Source: Paragordius varius (lineage: Eukaryota > Animalia > Nematomorpha). From it: DNA of 64,000 bases. Under the pieces are notes generated by a model. The model saw only the letters and a program-made list of their open reading frames with translations, was not told the DNA's origin and did no database searches. Below are positions 12,469 to 26,934 of the stretch, one piece after another. Where the stretch lies: the NCBI GenBank assembly GCA_964247055.1, contig OZ176050.1, positions 14,012,001 to 14,076,000 on the forward strand. Direction: 5' to 3'. Within the stretch, counting starts at the first letter, position 1, and every line of letters begins with the position of its first letter. The translations under genes and the position numbers were made by a program.

Positions 12469-15400
12469 ATAGCTTCAGAAATCGATTGTTAATTAATTTA
12501 AATATGGTCCAAATAAATCATGTACAATATTATTGTTGAGCTTGCTGGATAATATACGCTCAAGGTCGATTTTTATTTCTTACAAAAACGGAAGTTTTTA
12601 TTATAAAATTAAGACTGTAAATTATCATATAACACCGGATGTAATACCCTAGTAAAATATTTTACCTTTATTTTTTATATATCTATCAGTATTAATAGAG
12701 AGGTGTATGTTTTTATATATATTCTAATCAATGTTTTGTATTTACTAAAATTGATTTATATTATCGATGTTAATAACAATTACATGGGTGTCTAAGGTAA
12801 TACGCACGAATAATTTTCAGAAATGTTTTTTACGATAATATCTAAAAAATAGATAATATAATAAAATAAAGAAATTAATAATGAAATAACACAGTACCTA
12901 AAATCGGTGAGTATATAAAATATAACTTGATATTCTGAAAATGATTGTTTTGGGCTTTCAAGTGACAAAGTAATTTATTTCGACTCTTGTTGGAATTGTT
13001 CCATATCGAATCTGAAAATTAGCGCTCATAATATCTAATAAAATTTTATTTAATCTAAAAGCTTTTATTTCATAAAATTTCCTAAAATATCCATTAACTA
13101 ACTATATTAAAAAAGTAAATTATTTAAAATTCTTGAGGTAGGTACAGGTCCTCTAAAGGGTAGATTTCATAAAATAGATGCAAAAATATACGCTCAAACA
13201 TTATGGTATATTTTAAATCCATTTCAATATTGGCAAAATTTTTATAATAAAATACTTTTTCTATATAATGCACGATATTTTTTCTCATAATTTTGGTTGA
13301 AAGATTAGAATGGTTAAATTCGGGGTATATTTTTTATAAATAAATGATTATTACTCAAAAAGCTGAGACGTGGCATTGTGGATAAATATCCTAAACTTTA
13401 TAATGATGTAGAGCAATGCACTATTTTTCTATGAGTCATAACAGCTTGAAATATCCAACATATTTGCCCAAATTTGAACTTTGAAGAGTTATGCATTTTC
13501 CAAAAAATTTTATTAATGTTTTAATCAAACATATATTAAAATTTGATTTGCCATCGGCATTTTCGTCTTTATTTAAAGAAAATACTCCATTTTGTAGGAG
13601 TCAATAAATTTGCGATTTTCGACTTCGGAGCGTACGATAATTTCAGTTTTAATAAAAATATTGTTTTGCTGTTCTATAGTTAATGGTGACATACAATAAT
13701 GATATTTTTGAAACGGATAATTTACCAAAAAAATTATTTGATATAATTAAGGCTAATTTTGCGGCTTTTCGATATGGAGCAATCACAAAACGGGAATAAT
13801 AATTTTCAATCCTTAACCCCCAAACTTAATACACCATAAAATCCTAGAAGTCTTAGAATATATATAATTCGTCATATTTTTAGTGTCACTTTGTAATTTA
13901 AAAATATTAATATAAAAAATAAATTAATTATAATGACATATAAGGTGTCTAGAATTAAAATGGCATGGTAACTCAAACATAGATAAAGCAATGGGTCATG
14001 ATGTTTCCCTTTTTTAATATCAAAATAGGCTTCGATTTTAGTGTTTAGAACAAAAATTTTATTTATTTAAATGACTGGAAATTTTCAATTTATATTATTT
14101 ATAATATCGATAAAATTTAATTTAATATTAAAAAATTAATACAACTCTTACTACTTTATTTTTAGGCTATCTTTTTCCTAATGTTAGCCAATCTATTATA
14201 ACACTTGCCTTTTAATACTTTTCAGTTTTTATTCAATTTCTTTACTAGCTTAGCGGTTGAAATTTCTCAATAATAAAACAGATGTATTCCAATTTATAAG
14301 GTGGGGCATTTAAATTACAAAAACATAACTCAAATCTCTGTATTATTAAATTTCACTGGTTTCAAACAATTATCCAAAAAAAGTGGTCCATATTTAAGTA
14401 CAATAATGAATATTTTATCATTATTAAGGGGGCCGATTATTAATATTTTTGTTAAGTTATCTTCGGTTAATGTAAAATTGGCGTTTACTCAAAAAAATAA
14501 ATCCCTAAAAAAATATACGCGATTTTCGAAAACATTTAATAAAATTCATTAATGGTCCAGTATGACTTATTAGGCAAGATTAGACCTCACATATGTAAAT
14601 TTCTTGACAGCTTAAATGTGATCCTTTAAAGAGTCCCGGAAAATGTGATAATCCATTCAATTTATCATGCGATCATATCATTTTGTTAAAATTAGCGGTT
14701 TTGCCCTACCAGGGCTTATAAAAAATAGGTCCCATATAGATATTATAAAAAAAATAATTCGATGACGCTGAACATTTCTACCATCTCAAAATTTTTGATT
14801 AAAAAAATTGGTGTTCTTCAGGTTTAAATTTCTATAATTTTTTTACCAAAATACCCAATATTATTTCCAGTTTTTTGACATCAAGAGTCCCTTATAGCTT
14901 AAGAAATTAAACAACCAGCTGATTTTAAAATTAATTGCATCTAATGTAATCTGAAAGTTTGCCAAAGTTAATTTTTTACATTTGGCAGCCATGATATACA
15001 TATATTTGAATGTTGTGATAATTATTTAAGTAATTTAATAAAAATAGCGCCGAAATTTAAGATGAGGATAGATTTTGTGATAGCCCGTATTTTATGCGCG
15101 TGCTATCGGAATATATTCATCAAGCAATTTTTTACCCCCGATTTTTTAAAGAGTTTTTCAGATGGAACAATAAGTTTTGTTTGAGAGTGCCGTTTTAAAA
15201 GTTTTCGAATATTATCTTTTAAAGTAGCCTTGAGTATCCATTTACCCCTTGAAATCAAAGTGTTAAAAATAATTTATAAAACGATATTTATATATTTTAT
15301 GCGTTCTCATTGGTAGACCCATTCAAGTAATATTCAATAAATAATTTAAACATCTGAGATGAAAATTAGTAAAAAAATATATATTTTTTTTTCATGATAC

Positions 15401-18400
15401 TGTTAAAATTCTATAAATTTACCATTTTTTTAAACTTTCTTCTATAATTCAGGGCTTTCTAAGGTCTTTTGATTGAGTTTTTTTCCCGCATTGGTATATA
15501 CTTCTATTTTACACTTTGCGATATCATAACATGAGTTATATTAAATAAAATCAAAAAGTATGGTTGTCTTTTAGAAAAAAATATTTGTTTTTTTTATTTT
15601 ACATTTTGTCCGTATAATTTCATTTTTATAGTAATTATAATATTATAATTAAAACAACACGTTGTAAAACCATTATTGTTTTAGAACACCGCACATAGCC
15701 CATAAAATTTTGATATAATCTCTTCCGTCGAAATGAACACTCTTAATTATAGTGATTGTAGAAATAATATGCTTTAGTCTTTGAAAATTTTTTAATTATT
15801 TAATTCTTATTCTTATTTCTGCGTATGAATCCATATAGACAAGATATTTATGTAACGACCCAAATCAAAGACCGATAAAATTGAACAATGCACAAATTGT
15901 CTTAATCGCTTAAGAGGTCCTGGCGGTTTTCACACTATCAATAAGATAGAACTTGAAAAAGCACAAGAAAAATTGGGAAAAAATAGCTTCAGAGATCGAT
16001 TGTTAATTAATTTTAATATGGTCCAAATAAATCATGTACAAAATTATTGTAGAGTTTGCTGGATAATATACGCTCAAGGTCATAGAATTTTATTTCTTAC
16101 AAAAACGGAAGTTTATGTTAGAAAATTAAGACTGTAAATTATCATATAACACCGGATGTAATACCCTAGCAAATATTTTACCTTTATTTTTTTTATATAT
16201 CAATCAGTGTTAATAGAGAGGTGTATGGTTATATATATTCTAATCAATGTTTTGTATTAACTAAAATTGATTTATATTATCGATGTTAATAACTAATTAC
16301 ATGGGTGTCTAGACAGGCAATACGCACGAATAATTTTCAGAAATGTTTTTTACAATAATATCTAAAAAATAGATAATATAATAAAATAAAGAAATTAATA
16401 ATGAATTAACACAGTCTAAAATCGGTGAGTATATAAAATCTACAAATTTAGATATTCTGACTGATAAAAAAATGATGCTTTTGTTGGGCTTTCGAGTGAC
16501 AAAGAAAGTTATTTTGACTCTTGTTGGAATTGTTCTATATCGAATCTGAAAATTAGCGCTCATAATATCAAATAAATTTTTATTTAATCTAAAAGCTTTT
16601 ATTTCATAAAATTTCCTAAATTATCCATTAACTAACTTTATTAAAAAAGCAAATTATTAAAATTCTTGAGGTAGGTACAGGTCCTCTAAAGGGGCTAGAT
16701 TTCCTAAAACAGCAAAAATATACGCTCAAACAATTTTATGGTATATTTTAAATCCATTTCAATATTGGCAAAATTTTTATAATAAAATACTTTTTCTATA
16801 TAATGCACGATATTTTTTATTTATCTTATAATTTTGGTTAAAAGATTAGTATGGTTAAATTTGGGGTATATTATTTTATAAATAAATGATTATTACTTAA
16901 AAAGCTGAGAGGTGGCATTGTGGATGAATATCGTATACATTATAATAATGTAGAGCAATGAACTGTTTTTCTATGATTCATAACAGCTTGAAATATCCAA
17001 CATATTTGCCCATTTTGAACTTTGAAGAGTTATGCATTTTCCAAAAAATTTTATTAATGTTTTAATCAAACATATATTAAAATTTGATTTGCCATCGGCA
17101 TTTTCGTCTTTATTTCAAGAAAATACTCCATTTTGTAGGAGTCAATAAATTTGCGATTTTCGACTTCGGAGCGTACGATAAATTCAGTTTTAATAAAAAT
17201 ATTGTTTTGCTGTTCTATAGTTAATGGTGACATACAATAATGATATTTTTGAAACGGGTAATTTAACTTTTTACCAAAAAAATTTTATTTGATTTAATGA
17301 GGGCTAATTTTGCGACTTTTCGATATGGAGCAATCACAAAACGGGAATAATAATTTTCAATCCTTAACCCCCAAACTTAATACACCATAAAATCCTAGAA
17401 GTCTTAGAATATATATAATTCGTCATATTTTTAGTGTCAATTTGTAATTTAAAAATATTAATATAAAAAATAAATTAATTATAATGACATATAAGGTGTC
17501 TAGAATTAAAATGGCATGGTAACTCAAACATAGATAAAGCAATGGGTCATGATGTTTCCCTTTTTTAATATCAAAATAGGCTTCGATTTTAGTGTTTAGA
17601 ACAAAAATTTTATTTATTTAAATGACTGGAAATTTTCAATTTATATTATTTATAATATCGATAAAATTTAATTTAATATTAAAAAATTAATACAACTCTT
17701 ACTACTTTATTTTTAAGGCTATCTTTTTCCTAATGTTAGCCAATCTATTATAACACTTGCCTTTTAATACTTTTCAGTTTTTATTCAATTTCTTTACTAG
17801 CTTAGCGGTTGAAATTTCTCAATAATAAAACAGATGTATTTCAATTTATAAGGTGGGGCATTTAAATTACAAAAACATAACTCAAATCTCTGTATTATTA
17901 AATTTCACTGGTTTCAAACAATTATCCAAAAAAAGTGGTCCATATATAAGTACAATAATGAATATTTTATCATTTTTAAGGGGGCCGATTATTAATATTT
18001 TTGTTAAGTTATCTTCGGTTAATGTAAAATTGGCGTTTACTCAAAAAAATAAATCCCTAAAAAAATATACGCGATTTTCGAAAACATTTAATAAAATTCA
18101 TTAATGGTCCAGTATGACTTATTAGGCAAGATTAGACCTCACATATGTAAATTTCTTGACAGCTTAAATGTGATCCTTTAAAGAGTCCTGGAAAATGTGG
18201 AAATTTATTCAATTTATCATGCGATCATATCATTTTGTTGAATTAGCGGTTTTGTCCTACCAGGGCTTATAAAAAATAGGTCCCATATAGATATTATAAA
18301 AAAAATAATTCGATGACGCTGAACATTTCTACCATCTCAAAATTTTTGATTAAAAAAATTGGTGTTCTTCAGGTTTAAATTTCTATAATTTTTTTACCAA

Positions 18401-21400
18401 AATACCCAATATTATTTACAGTTTTTTGACATCAAGAGTCCCTTATAGCTTAAGAAATTAAACAACCAGCTGATTTTAAAATTAATTGCATCTAATGTAA
18501 TCTGAAAGTTTGCCTAAGTTAATTTTTTACATTTGGCAGCCATGATATACATGTATTTGAATGTTGTGATAATTATTTAAAGTAATTTAATAAAAATAGC
18601 GCCGAAATTTTAGATGAGGATAGATTTTGTGATACTCAGTATTTTATGCGCGTGCTATCGGAATATATTCATCAAGCAATTTTTTTACCCCCGATTTTTT
18701 AAAGAGTTTATCAGATGGAAAAATAAATTTTGTTTGAGAGTTTCGTTTTAAAAGTTTAATAATATCATAGAGAAGTAGCCTGGGGTATCCATTTACCCCT
18801 TGAAATCAAAGTGGTAAAAATAATTTATAAAACGATATTTATATATTTTATGCGTTCTCATTGGTTGACGCATTCAAGTAATATTTAATAAATAATTTAA
18901 ACATCTGAGATGAAAATTAGTAAAAAAATATATATTTTTTTTTCATGATACTGTTAAAATTCTATAAATTTAACCATTTTTTTAAACTTTCTTCTATAAT
19001 TCAGGGCTTTCTAAGGTCTTTTGATTGAGTTTTTTTCCCGCATTCGTATATACTTCTATACACTTTGCAATATTATAACATAAGTTATATTGAATAAAAT
19101 CAAAAAGTATGGTTGTCTTTTAGAAAAAAATATTTGTCTTTTATTTTTTACATTTTGTCCGTATAATTTCATTTTTACCATAATTATAAAATTACTAGCG
19201 TGAATCTCGTGCTGCTACGCAGCCCGAGGAAGTCCTTCGGACTTCTGGGGGGGGGGGGGGGTTCGAAGTTTGGATTTGAAAGGGTCTACCGTTTTTCCGG
19301 GTGGGCCCGAAATGGGAGCCTATTTCAAAAAAACGGCGAAGCTATTGTCGGGACATTTATTAATGATTATATTTTTTCGATGTTTGGATTTGAATGGGTT
19401 CACCGGTTTTCCGGAAACAGATCACAAAGCCAGCATTTTCCATTTTTATAAATATATAGATGAGGATAAATAATGTATTAATATCCATATATCTTTTAAC
19501 ATGCTATGCATATGATAGATACTCCTTACTCAGCATCTATCATCAAAGAAACGCTTGACTAAAATTTTTGCCTTTTAACAGGCAATACGAAAAATCTTTC
19601 TCGAATTTTTACAGTCTCATACCGTGGGCAAAAAAATACAATAAAAAAAATATTTTTGTGGACTTTGTTTTTTTTGAAAAAAATGGCATTTTACGGGGGG
19701 AGCGGGTAAAAAGAGGACCTAAATCAAAAAAGTGACTCGACTATGTTCGGCGCAATCGAAAATAAGTAAATAAAAATCATATTTGAAATTGAATGGTCCA
19801 ACACGTTCTCCAAAAAATTGACTTAACCCATTTTTCACACGGGGTGGGCCCAAACTGGGGACCTAATTCCAAAAAAGGGCGAAGCTATTGTCGGGGCATT
19901 CATTAATGATTATATTTTTTCGATGTTTGGATTTGAATGGGTTCACCGGTTTTCCGGAAACAGATCACAAAGTTATATGAAAAATCAGTTTTTAGCGGGT
20001 AGCTCCTTACCCAGCAGCTATCATCAAATAAACGGTGGACTAAAATTTTTGCCTTTTAACAGGGAATACGTGGAATCTTTATTGAATTTTTAAGGTCTCA
20101 TACCTAGGACGAAAAATCGATTTAAAAAATTATTTTTGTGGACTTTGTTTTTTGAAAAAAATGGCATTTTACGGGGGGAGCGGGTAAAAAGAGGGCCTAA
20201 ATCAAAAAAGTGGCTCGACTATGTTCGGCGCAATCGAAAATAAGTAAACAAAAATTATATTTGAAATTGAATGGTCCAACACGTTCTCCGGAAAATTGTC
20301 TCAAAAACACGATTTTGTGGACTTCTGTTTTCAAAAAAACCCGTTTTTCATACGGGGTGGGCCCGAAATGGGAGCCTATTTCAAAAAAACGGCGAAGCTA
20401 TTGTCGGGACATTTATTAATGATTATATTTTTTCGATGTTTGGATTTGAATGGGTTCACCGGTTTTCCGGAAACAGATCACAAAGCCAGCATTTTCCATT
20501 TTTATAAATATATAGATTGTTTTTGAATAAATTGTCAAAAAGGTAAAAATTCATGAATGGGTTCACCGGTTTTCCGGAAACAGATCACAAAGCCAGCATT
20601 TTCCATTTTTATAAATATATAGATGAGGATAAATAATGTATTAATATCCATATATCTTTTAACATGCTATGCATATGATAGATACTCCTTACTCAGCATC
20701 TATCATCAAAGAAACGCTTGACTAAAATTTTTGCCTTTTAACAGGCAATACGAAAAATCTTTCTCGAATTTTTACAGTCTCATACCGTGGGCAAAAAAAT
20801 ACAATAAAAAAAATATTTTTGTGGACTTTGTTTTTTTTGAAAAAAATGGCATTTTACGGGGGGAGCGGGTAAAAAGAGGACCTAAATCAAAAAAGTGACT
20901 CGACTATGTTCGGCGCAATCGAAAATAAGTAAATAAAAATCATATTTGAAATTGAATGGTCCAACACGTTCTCCAAAAAATTGACTTAACCCATTTTTCA
21001 CACGGGGTGGGCCCAAACTGGGGACCTAATTCCAAAAAAGGGCGAAGCTATTGTCGGGGCATTCATTAATGATTATATTTTTTCGATGTTTGGATTTGAA
21101 TGGGTTCACCGGTTTTCCGGAAACAGATCACAAAGTTATATGAAAAATCAGTTTTTAGCGGGTAGCTCCTTACCCAGCAGCTATCATCAAATAAACGGTG
21201 GACTAAAATTTTTGCCTTTTAACAGGGAATACGTGGAATCTTTATTGAATTTTTAAGGTCTCATACCTAGGACGAAAAATCGATTTAAAAAATTATTTTT
21301 GTGGACTTTGTTTTTTGAAAAAAATGGCATTTTACGGGGGGAGCGGGTAAAAAGAGGGCCTAAATCAAAAAAGTGGCTCGACTATGTTCGGCGCAATCGA

Positions 21401-24400
21401 AAATAAGTAAACAAAAATTATATTTGAAATTGAATGGTCCAACACGTTCTCCGGAAAATTGTCTCAAAAACACGATTTTGTGGACTTCTGTTTTCAAAAA
21501 AACCCGTTTTTCATACGGGGTGGGCCCGAAATGGGAGCCTATTTCAAAAAAACGGCGAAGCTATTGTCGGGACATTTATTAATGATTATATTTTTTCGAT
21601 GTTTGGATTTGAATGGGTTCACCGGTTTTCCGGAAACAGATCACAAAGCCAGCATTTTCCATTTTTATAAATATATAGATAATTAAAAAAAGCCTGCTGT
21701 AAAACCATTATTTGTTTTAGAGCACAGCACATAGCCCTTAAAATTTTGATATAATCTCTTCCATCGAAATGAACACTCTTAATTATACTGATATATGTAG
21801 AAATTATGCTTTAGTCTTTAAAAGTTTTTTAATTATTTAATTCCTATTCTTATTTCTGCGTATGAATTCACATAGACAAGATACTTATGTAACGACCCAA
21901 ATCAAAGACCGATAAAATTGAACAATGCACAAATTGTCTCAATCGCTTAAGAGGTCCTGGCGGTTCTCACACTATCAATAAGATAGAACTTGAAAAATCA
22001 CAAGAAAAATTGGGAAAAAATAGTTTCAGAGATCGATTGTTAATTAATTTTAATATGGTCCAAATAAATCATGTAAAAATTATTGTTGAGTTTGCTGGAT
22101 AATATACGCTCGTCGTAATAATCTTATTTACAAAAACGGAAGTTTATTTTATAAAATTAATACTGTAAATTATCATATAACACCGGATGTAATACCCTAG
22201 CAAATATTTTACCTTTATTTTTTATATATCTATCAGTATTAATAGGTGTATGTTTTTATATATATTCTAATCAACGTTTTGTATTTACCAAAATTGATTT
22301 ATATTATCGATGTTAATAACTAATTACATGGGTGTCTAAGGTAATACGCACGAATAATTTTCAGAAATGTTTTTTACAATAATATCTAAAAAATAGATAA
22401 TATAATAAAATAAAGAAATTAATAATGAAATAACACAGTACCTAAAATCGGTGAGTATATAAAATATCAAAGACTTTAGATATTCTGACTGATAGAAAAA
22501 TGATGCTTTTGTTGGGCTTTCGAGTGACAAAGAAAGTTATTTTGACTCTTGTTGGAATTTTCCATATCGAATCTGAAAATTAGCGCTCATAATATCTAAT
22601 AAAATTTTATTTAATCTAAAAGCTTTTATTTCAAAAAATTTCCTAAAATATTCCATTAACTAACTATATTAAAAAAATAAAATATTTAAAATTTTTGAGG
22701 TAGGTACAAGTCCTCTAAAGGGGCTAGATTTTGTAAAATAGATGCCAAAATACTGAGATTACGCTCAAACAATTTTATAGTATATTTTACATATATTTCA
22801 ATATTGGCAAAATTTTTATAATAAAATACTTTTTCTATATAATGCACGATATTTGTTTATTTATCTCATAGTTTTGGTTGATAGATTAGTATGGTTAAAT
22901 TTGGGGTAGATAATTTTATAAATAAATGATTATAACTCCAATAGATGAGGGGTGGCATTGTGGATGAATATCGTAAAGTTTATAATAAAGTAGAGCAATG
23001 CACTGTTTTTCTATGAGTCAAAAACAGCTTGAAATATGCTCCAACATATTCCCAAATTTGAATTTTGAAGAAGTGTAATGCATTTTCCAAAAAAAATTAT
23101 TAATGTTATAATCAAACATATATTAAAATTTGATTTGCCATCGGTATTTTCGCCTTTATTTTGAGAAAATACTCTATTTTGTGGGAGTCAATAAATTTGC
23201 ATTCGACTTCGGAGCGTACGATAATTTCAGTTTTAATAAAAATATTGTTTTGCTGTTCTATAGTTAATGGTGACATACAATAATGATTTTTTTGAAACGG
23301 ATAATTTAACTTTTTACCAAAAAAATTTTATTTGATGTAATGAGGGCTAATTTTGCGACTCGATATGGAGCAATCACAAAACGGGAATAATAATTTTCAA
23401 TCCTTACCCAAACTTAATACACCATGAAATCTTAGAAGTCTTAGAATATATATATTTCGTCATATTTTTAGTGTCACTTTGTAATTTAAAAATATTAATA
23501 TAAAAAATAAATTAATTATAATGACATATAAGGTGTCTAGAATTAAAATGGCATGGTAACTCAAACATAGATAAAGCAATGGGTCATGATGTTTCCCTTT
23601 TTTAATATCAAAATAGGCTTCGATTTTAGTGTTTAGAACAAAAATTTTATTTATTTAAATGACTGGAAATTTTCAATTTATATTATTTATTATATCGATA
23701 AAATTTAATTTAATATTAAAAAATTAATACAACTCTTACTACTTTATTTTTAGGCCTATCTTTTAATGTTCGCCATTCTATTATAACACTTGCCTTTTAT
23801 TACTTTTCAGTTTTTATTCAATCTCTTTACTAGCTTAGCGGTTTAAATCTCTCAATAATAAAAAAGATGCATTTCAATTTGTTTTTAATGAGGTGGGGCA
23901 TTTGAATTACAAACACATAACTTAAATCTCTGTATTAATAATTTTCACTGGTTTTAAACAATTATCCAGAAAAGTGGTACATATTTAAGCAACAATATTG
24001 AATATTTTACCATTTTTAAGGGGGCCGATTATTAATATTTTTGTTAAATTAGCTTCCTTTATTGTAAAATTGGCGTTTACTCAAAAAAATAAAGCCAAAT
24101 TATACGCGATTTTTGAAAACATATAATAAAATTCATTAATGGTCCAGTATGACTTATTAGGCAAAATTAGACCTCACATATGTAAATTTCTTGACAGCTT
24201 AAATGTGATACTTTAAAGGGTCATGGAAAATGTGGAAATTTATTCAATTTATCATGCGATCATATCATTTTGTTCAATTAACGGTTTTGCCCTATCAGGG
24301 CTTAAAAAAAATAGGTCCCATATAGATATTATAAAAAAAATCGATGACGCTGAACATTTCTACCATCTCAAAATTTTTGATTAAAAAAATTGGTGTTCTT

Positions 24401-26775
24401 CAGGTTTAAATTTTTATATTTTTTACTAAAATCTACCCAATATTATTTCCAGTTTTTTGACATCAAGATCCCTTATAGCTTAAGAAATTAAACAACCAGC
24501 TGATTTTAAAATTAATTGCATCTAATGTAATGTGAAAGTTTGCCAAAGTTAATTTTTTACATTTGGCAGCCATGATATACATATATTTGAATGTTGTGAT
24601 AATTATTTAAAGTAATTTAATAAAAATAGCGCCGAAATTTAAGATGAGGATAGATTTTGTGATACTCAGTATTTTATGCGCGTGCTATCGGAATATATTC
24701 ATCAAGCAATATTTTTACCCCCGATTTTTTAAAGAGTTTATCAGATGGAAAAATAAATTTTGTTTGAGAGTTTCGTTTTAAAAGTTTAATAATATCATAG
24801 AGAAGTAGCCTGGGGTATCCATTTACCCCTTGAAATCAAAGTGTTAAAAATAATTTATAAAACGATATTTATATTTATTATGCGTTCTCATTGGTAGACG
24901 CATTCAAGTAATATTTGATAAATAATTTAAACATCTGAGATGAAAATTAGTAAAAAAATACATATTTTTTTCATGATACTGTTAAAATTCTATAAATTTA
25001 AACATTTTTTTTAAAACTTTCTCCTATATTTCGGGGCTTTCTAAGGTCATTTGATTGAGTTTTTTTCCCGCATTGGTATATACTTCTATTTTACACTTTG
25101 CAATATTATTACATGAGTTATATTAAATAAAATCAAAAAGCATGGTTGTCTTTTAGAAAAAAATATTTGTCTTTGTTTTACATTTTGTCCGTATAATATC
25201 ATTTTTACCGGAATATAAAATTATAATTAAAAAAAGCCGCTGTAAAACCATTATTGTTTTAGAGCACCGCACATAGCCCATTAAATTTTGATATAATCTC
25301 TTCCGTCGAAATGAACACTCTTAATTATACTGATATATTTAGAAATAACATGCTTTAGTCTTTGAAAGTTTTTTAATTATTTAATCCTTATTCTTATTTC
25401 TGCGTATGAATTCACATAAACAAGATACTTATGTAACGACCCAAATCAAAGACCGATAAAATTGAACAATGCACAAATTGTCTTAATCGCTTAACAGGTC
25501 CTGGCGGTTCTCACACTATCAATAAGATAGAACTTGAAAATGCACAAGAAAAATTGGGAAAAAATAGCTTCAGAGATCGAATGTTAATTAATTTTAATAT
25601 GGTCCAAATAAATCATGTATAAAATTATTGTAGAGTTTGCTGGATAATATACGCTTAAGGTTATAGAATTTTATTTCTTACAAAAACGGAAGTTTATGTT
25701 ATAAAATTAAGACTGTAAATTATCATATAACACCGGATGTAATACCCTAGCAAATATTTTACCTTTATTTTTTTATATATCTATCAGTATTAATAGAGAG
25801 GTGTGTGTTTTTATATATATTCTAATCAATGTTTTGTATTTACTAAAATTGATTTATATTATCGATGTTAATAACTAATTACATGGGTGTCTAGACAGGC
25901 AATACGCACGAATAATTTTTAGAAATGTTTTTTACAATAATATCCAAAAAATAGATAATATAATAAAATGAAGAAATTTTAATAATGAAATAACATAGCA
26001 CCTAAAATCGGTGAGTATATAAAATATCAAAAACTTATTCTGACTGATAGAAAAATGATGCTTTTGTTTGGCTTTCGAGTGACAAAGAAAGTTATTTCAA
26101 TTGGAATTGTTCCATATCAAATCTGAAAATTAGCGCTCATAATATCAAATAAATTTTTATTTTATCTAAAAGCTTTTATTTCATAAAATTTCCTTAAATT
26201 ATTCCATTAACTAACTAAAGCAAAATATTTAAAATTTTTGAGGTAGGTACAATTCCTCTAAAGGGGCTACATTTCCTAAAATAGATGCTAAAATACTGAG
26301 ATTACGCTCAAAAAATTTTATGGTATATTTTACATCCATTTCATTATTGGCAAAATTTTTATAATAAAATACTTTTTCCATATAATACACGGAATTTGTT
26401 TATTTAGCTTATAATTTTGGTTGAAAGATTAGTATGGTTAAATTTTGGGTAGATTTTTTATAAATAAATCATATTAAATCAAAAAGTTTCGAGGCGTGGT
26501 ATTATCGATGAATTTCGAAAAACTTAATAATAATTTAAAGCAATGCATTGTTTTTCTATGCGTCAAAACAGCCTGAATTAAGCTCCAACAACAAATTTTC
26601 CCAAATTTGAATTTTGAAATAACATAATGCATTTTCCCAAAAAAAATCTTGTTTATGTTAAATTCAAACATATATTAAAATTGATTTCACCCATCGGCAA
26701 TTTTAAATAGTTCACATTGTGGGAGTCAAAAACTTGCGATTTTCGACTTCGGAGAGAGTAGGATAATTTTAGTTT
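12469..26775. repeat. Tandem array of a 3.5-kb unit (three full copies plus one partial)
   Basis: Unit start ATAGCTTCAGA(A/G)ATCGA at 12469, 15983, 22020 (ATAGTTTC variant) and 25564; spacings 3514, 3552 (after removing the 2485-bp Helitron) and 3544. Part of the unit (about 14870-15360) also occurs dispersed at about 36400-36840, suggesting TE-derived content. Confidence 0.95.
19195..21679 (-). mobile_element. Non-autonomous Helitron with internal tandem repeats
   Basis: On the minus strand it starts TC (21679) and ends CTAG (19195), preceded by the hairpin CTCGGGCTGCGTAGCAGCACGAG. Inserted between A and T with no TSD: removing it restores TATAAAATTATAATTAAAAAAAGCC, as in the empty unit near 25215. 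Internal 1163-bp duplication built from roughly 0.5-kb subrepeats. Confidence 0.9.
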
Positions 26776-26934
26776 TATAGTTATTATCACATTTTTAATT
26801 TTTTTGCCTGTTTTAAGCGATTAAAATTTTTTGTGGTTAAAAGTTTGAAAGCATATAAACATTATCTTACGTTCATATCTCAATGGCCATGAAATGCATA
26901 TCTTTAAATTTGTCCCAGCATCATCGCCTTCAAG

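Noticed and set aside
19200-21686. Repeated 60-80 aa ORFs (MARLCSAQ..., MVQHVLRK..., MSQKHDFV...) and the related one at 30104-30406
   Set aside because: Overlapping ORFs in all three frames of the Helitron subrepeat, with no recognisable motifs.
14301-22530. Recurrent ORFs in the 3.5-kb unit (MGHLNYK..., MSANFQIR...)
   Set aside because: Frames are broken in other copies of the unit; I could not build a consistent exon chain.
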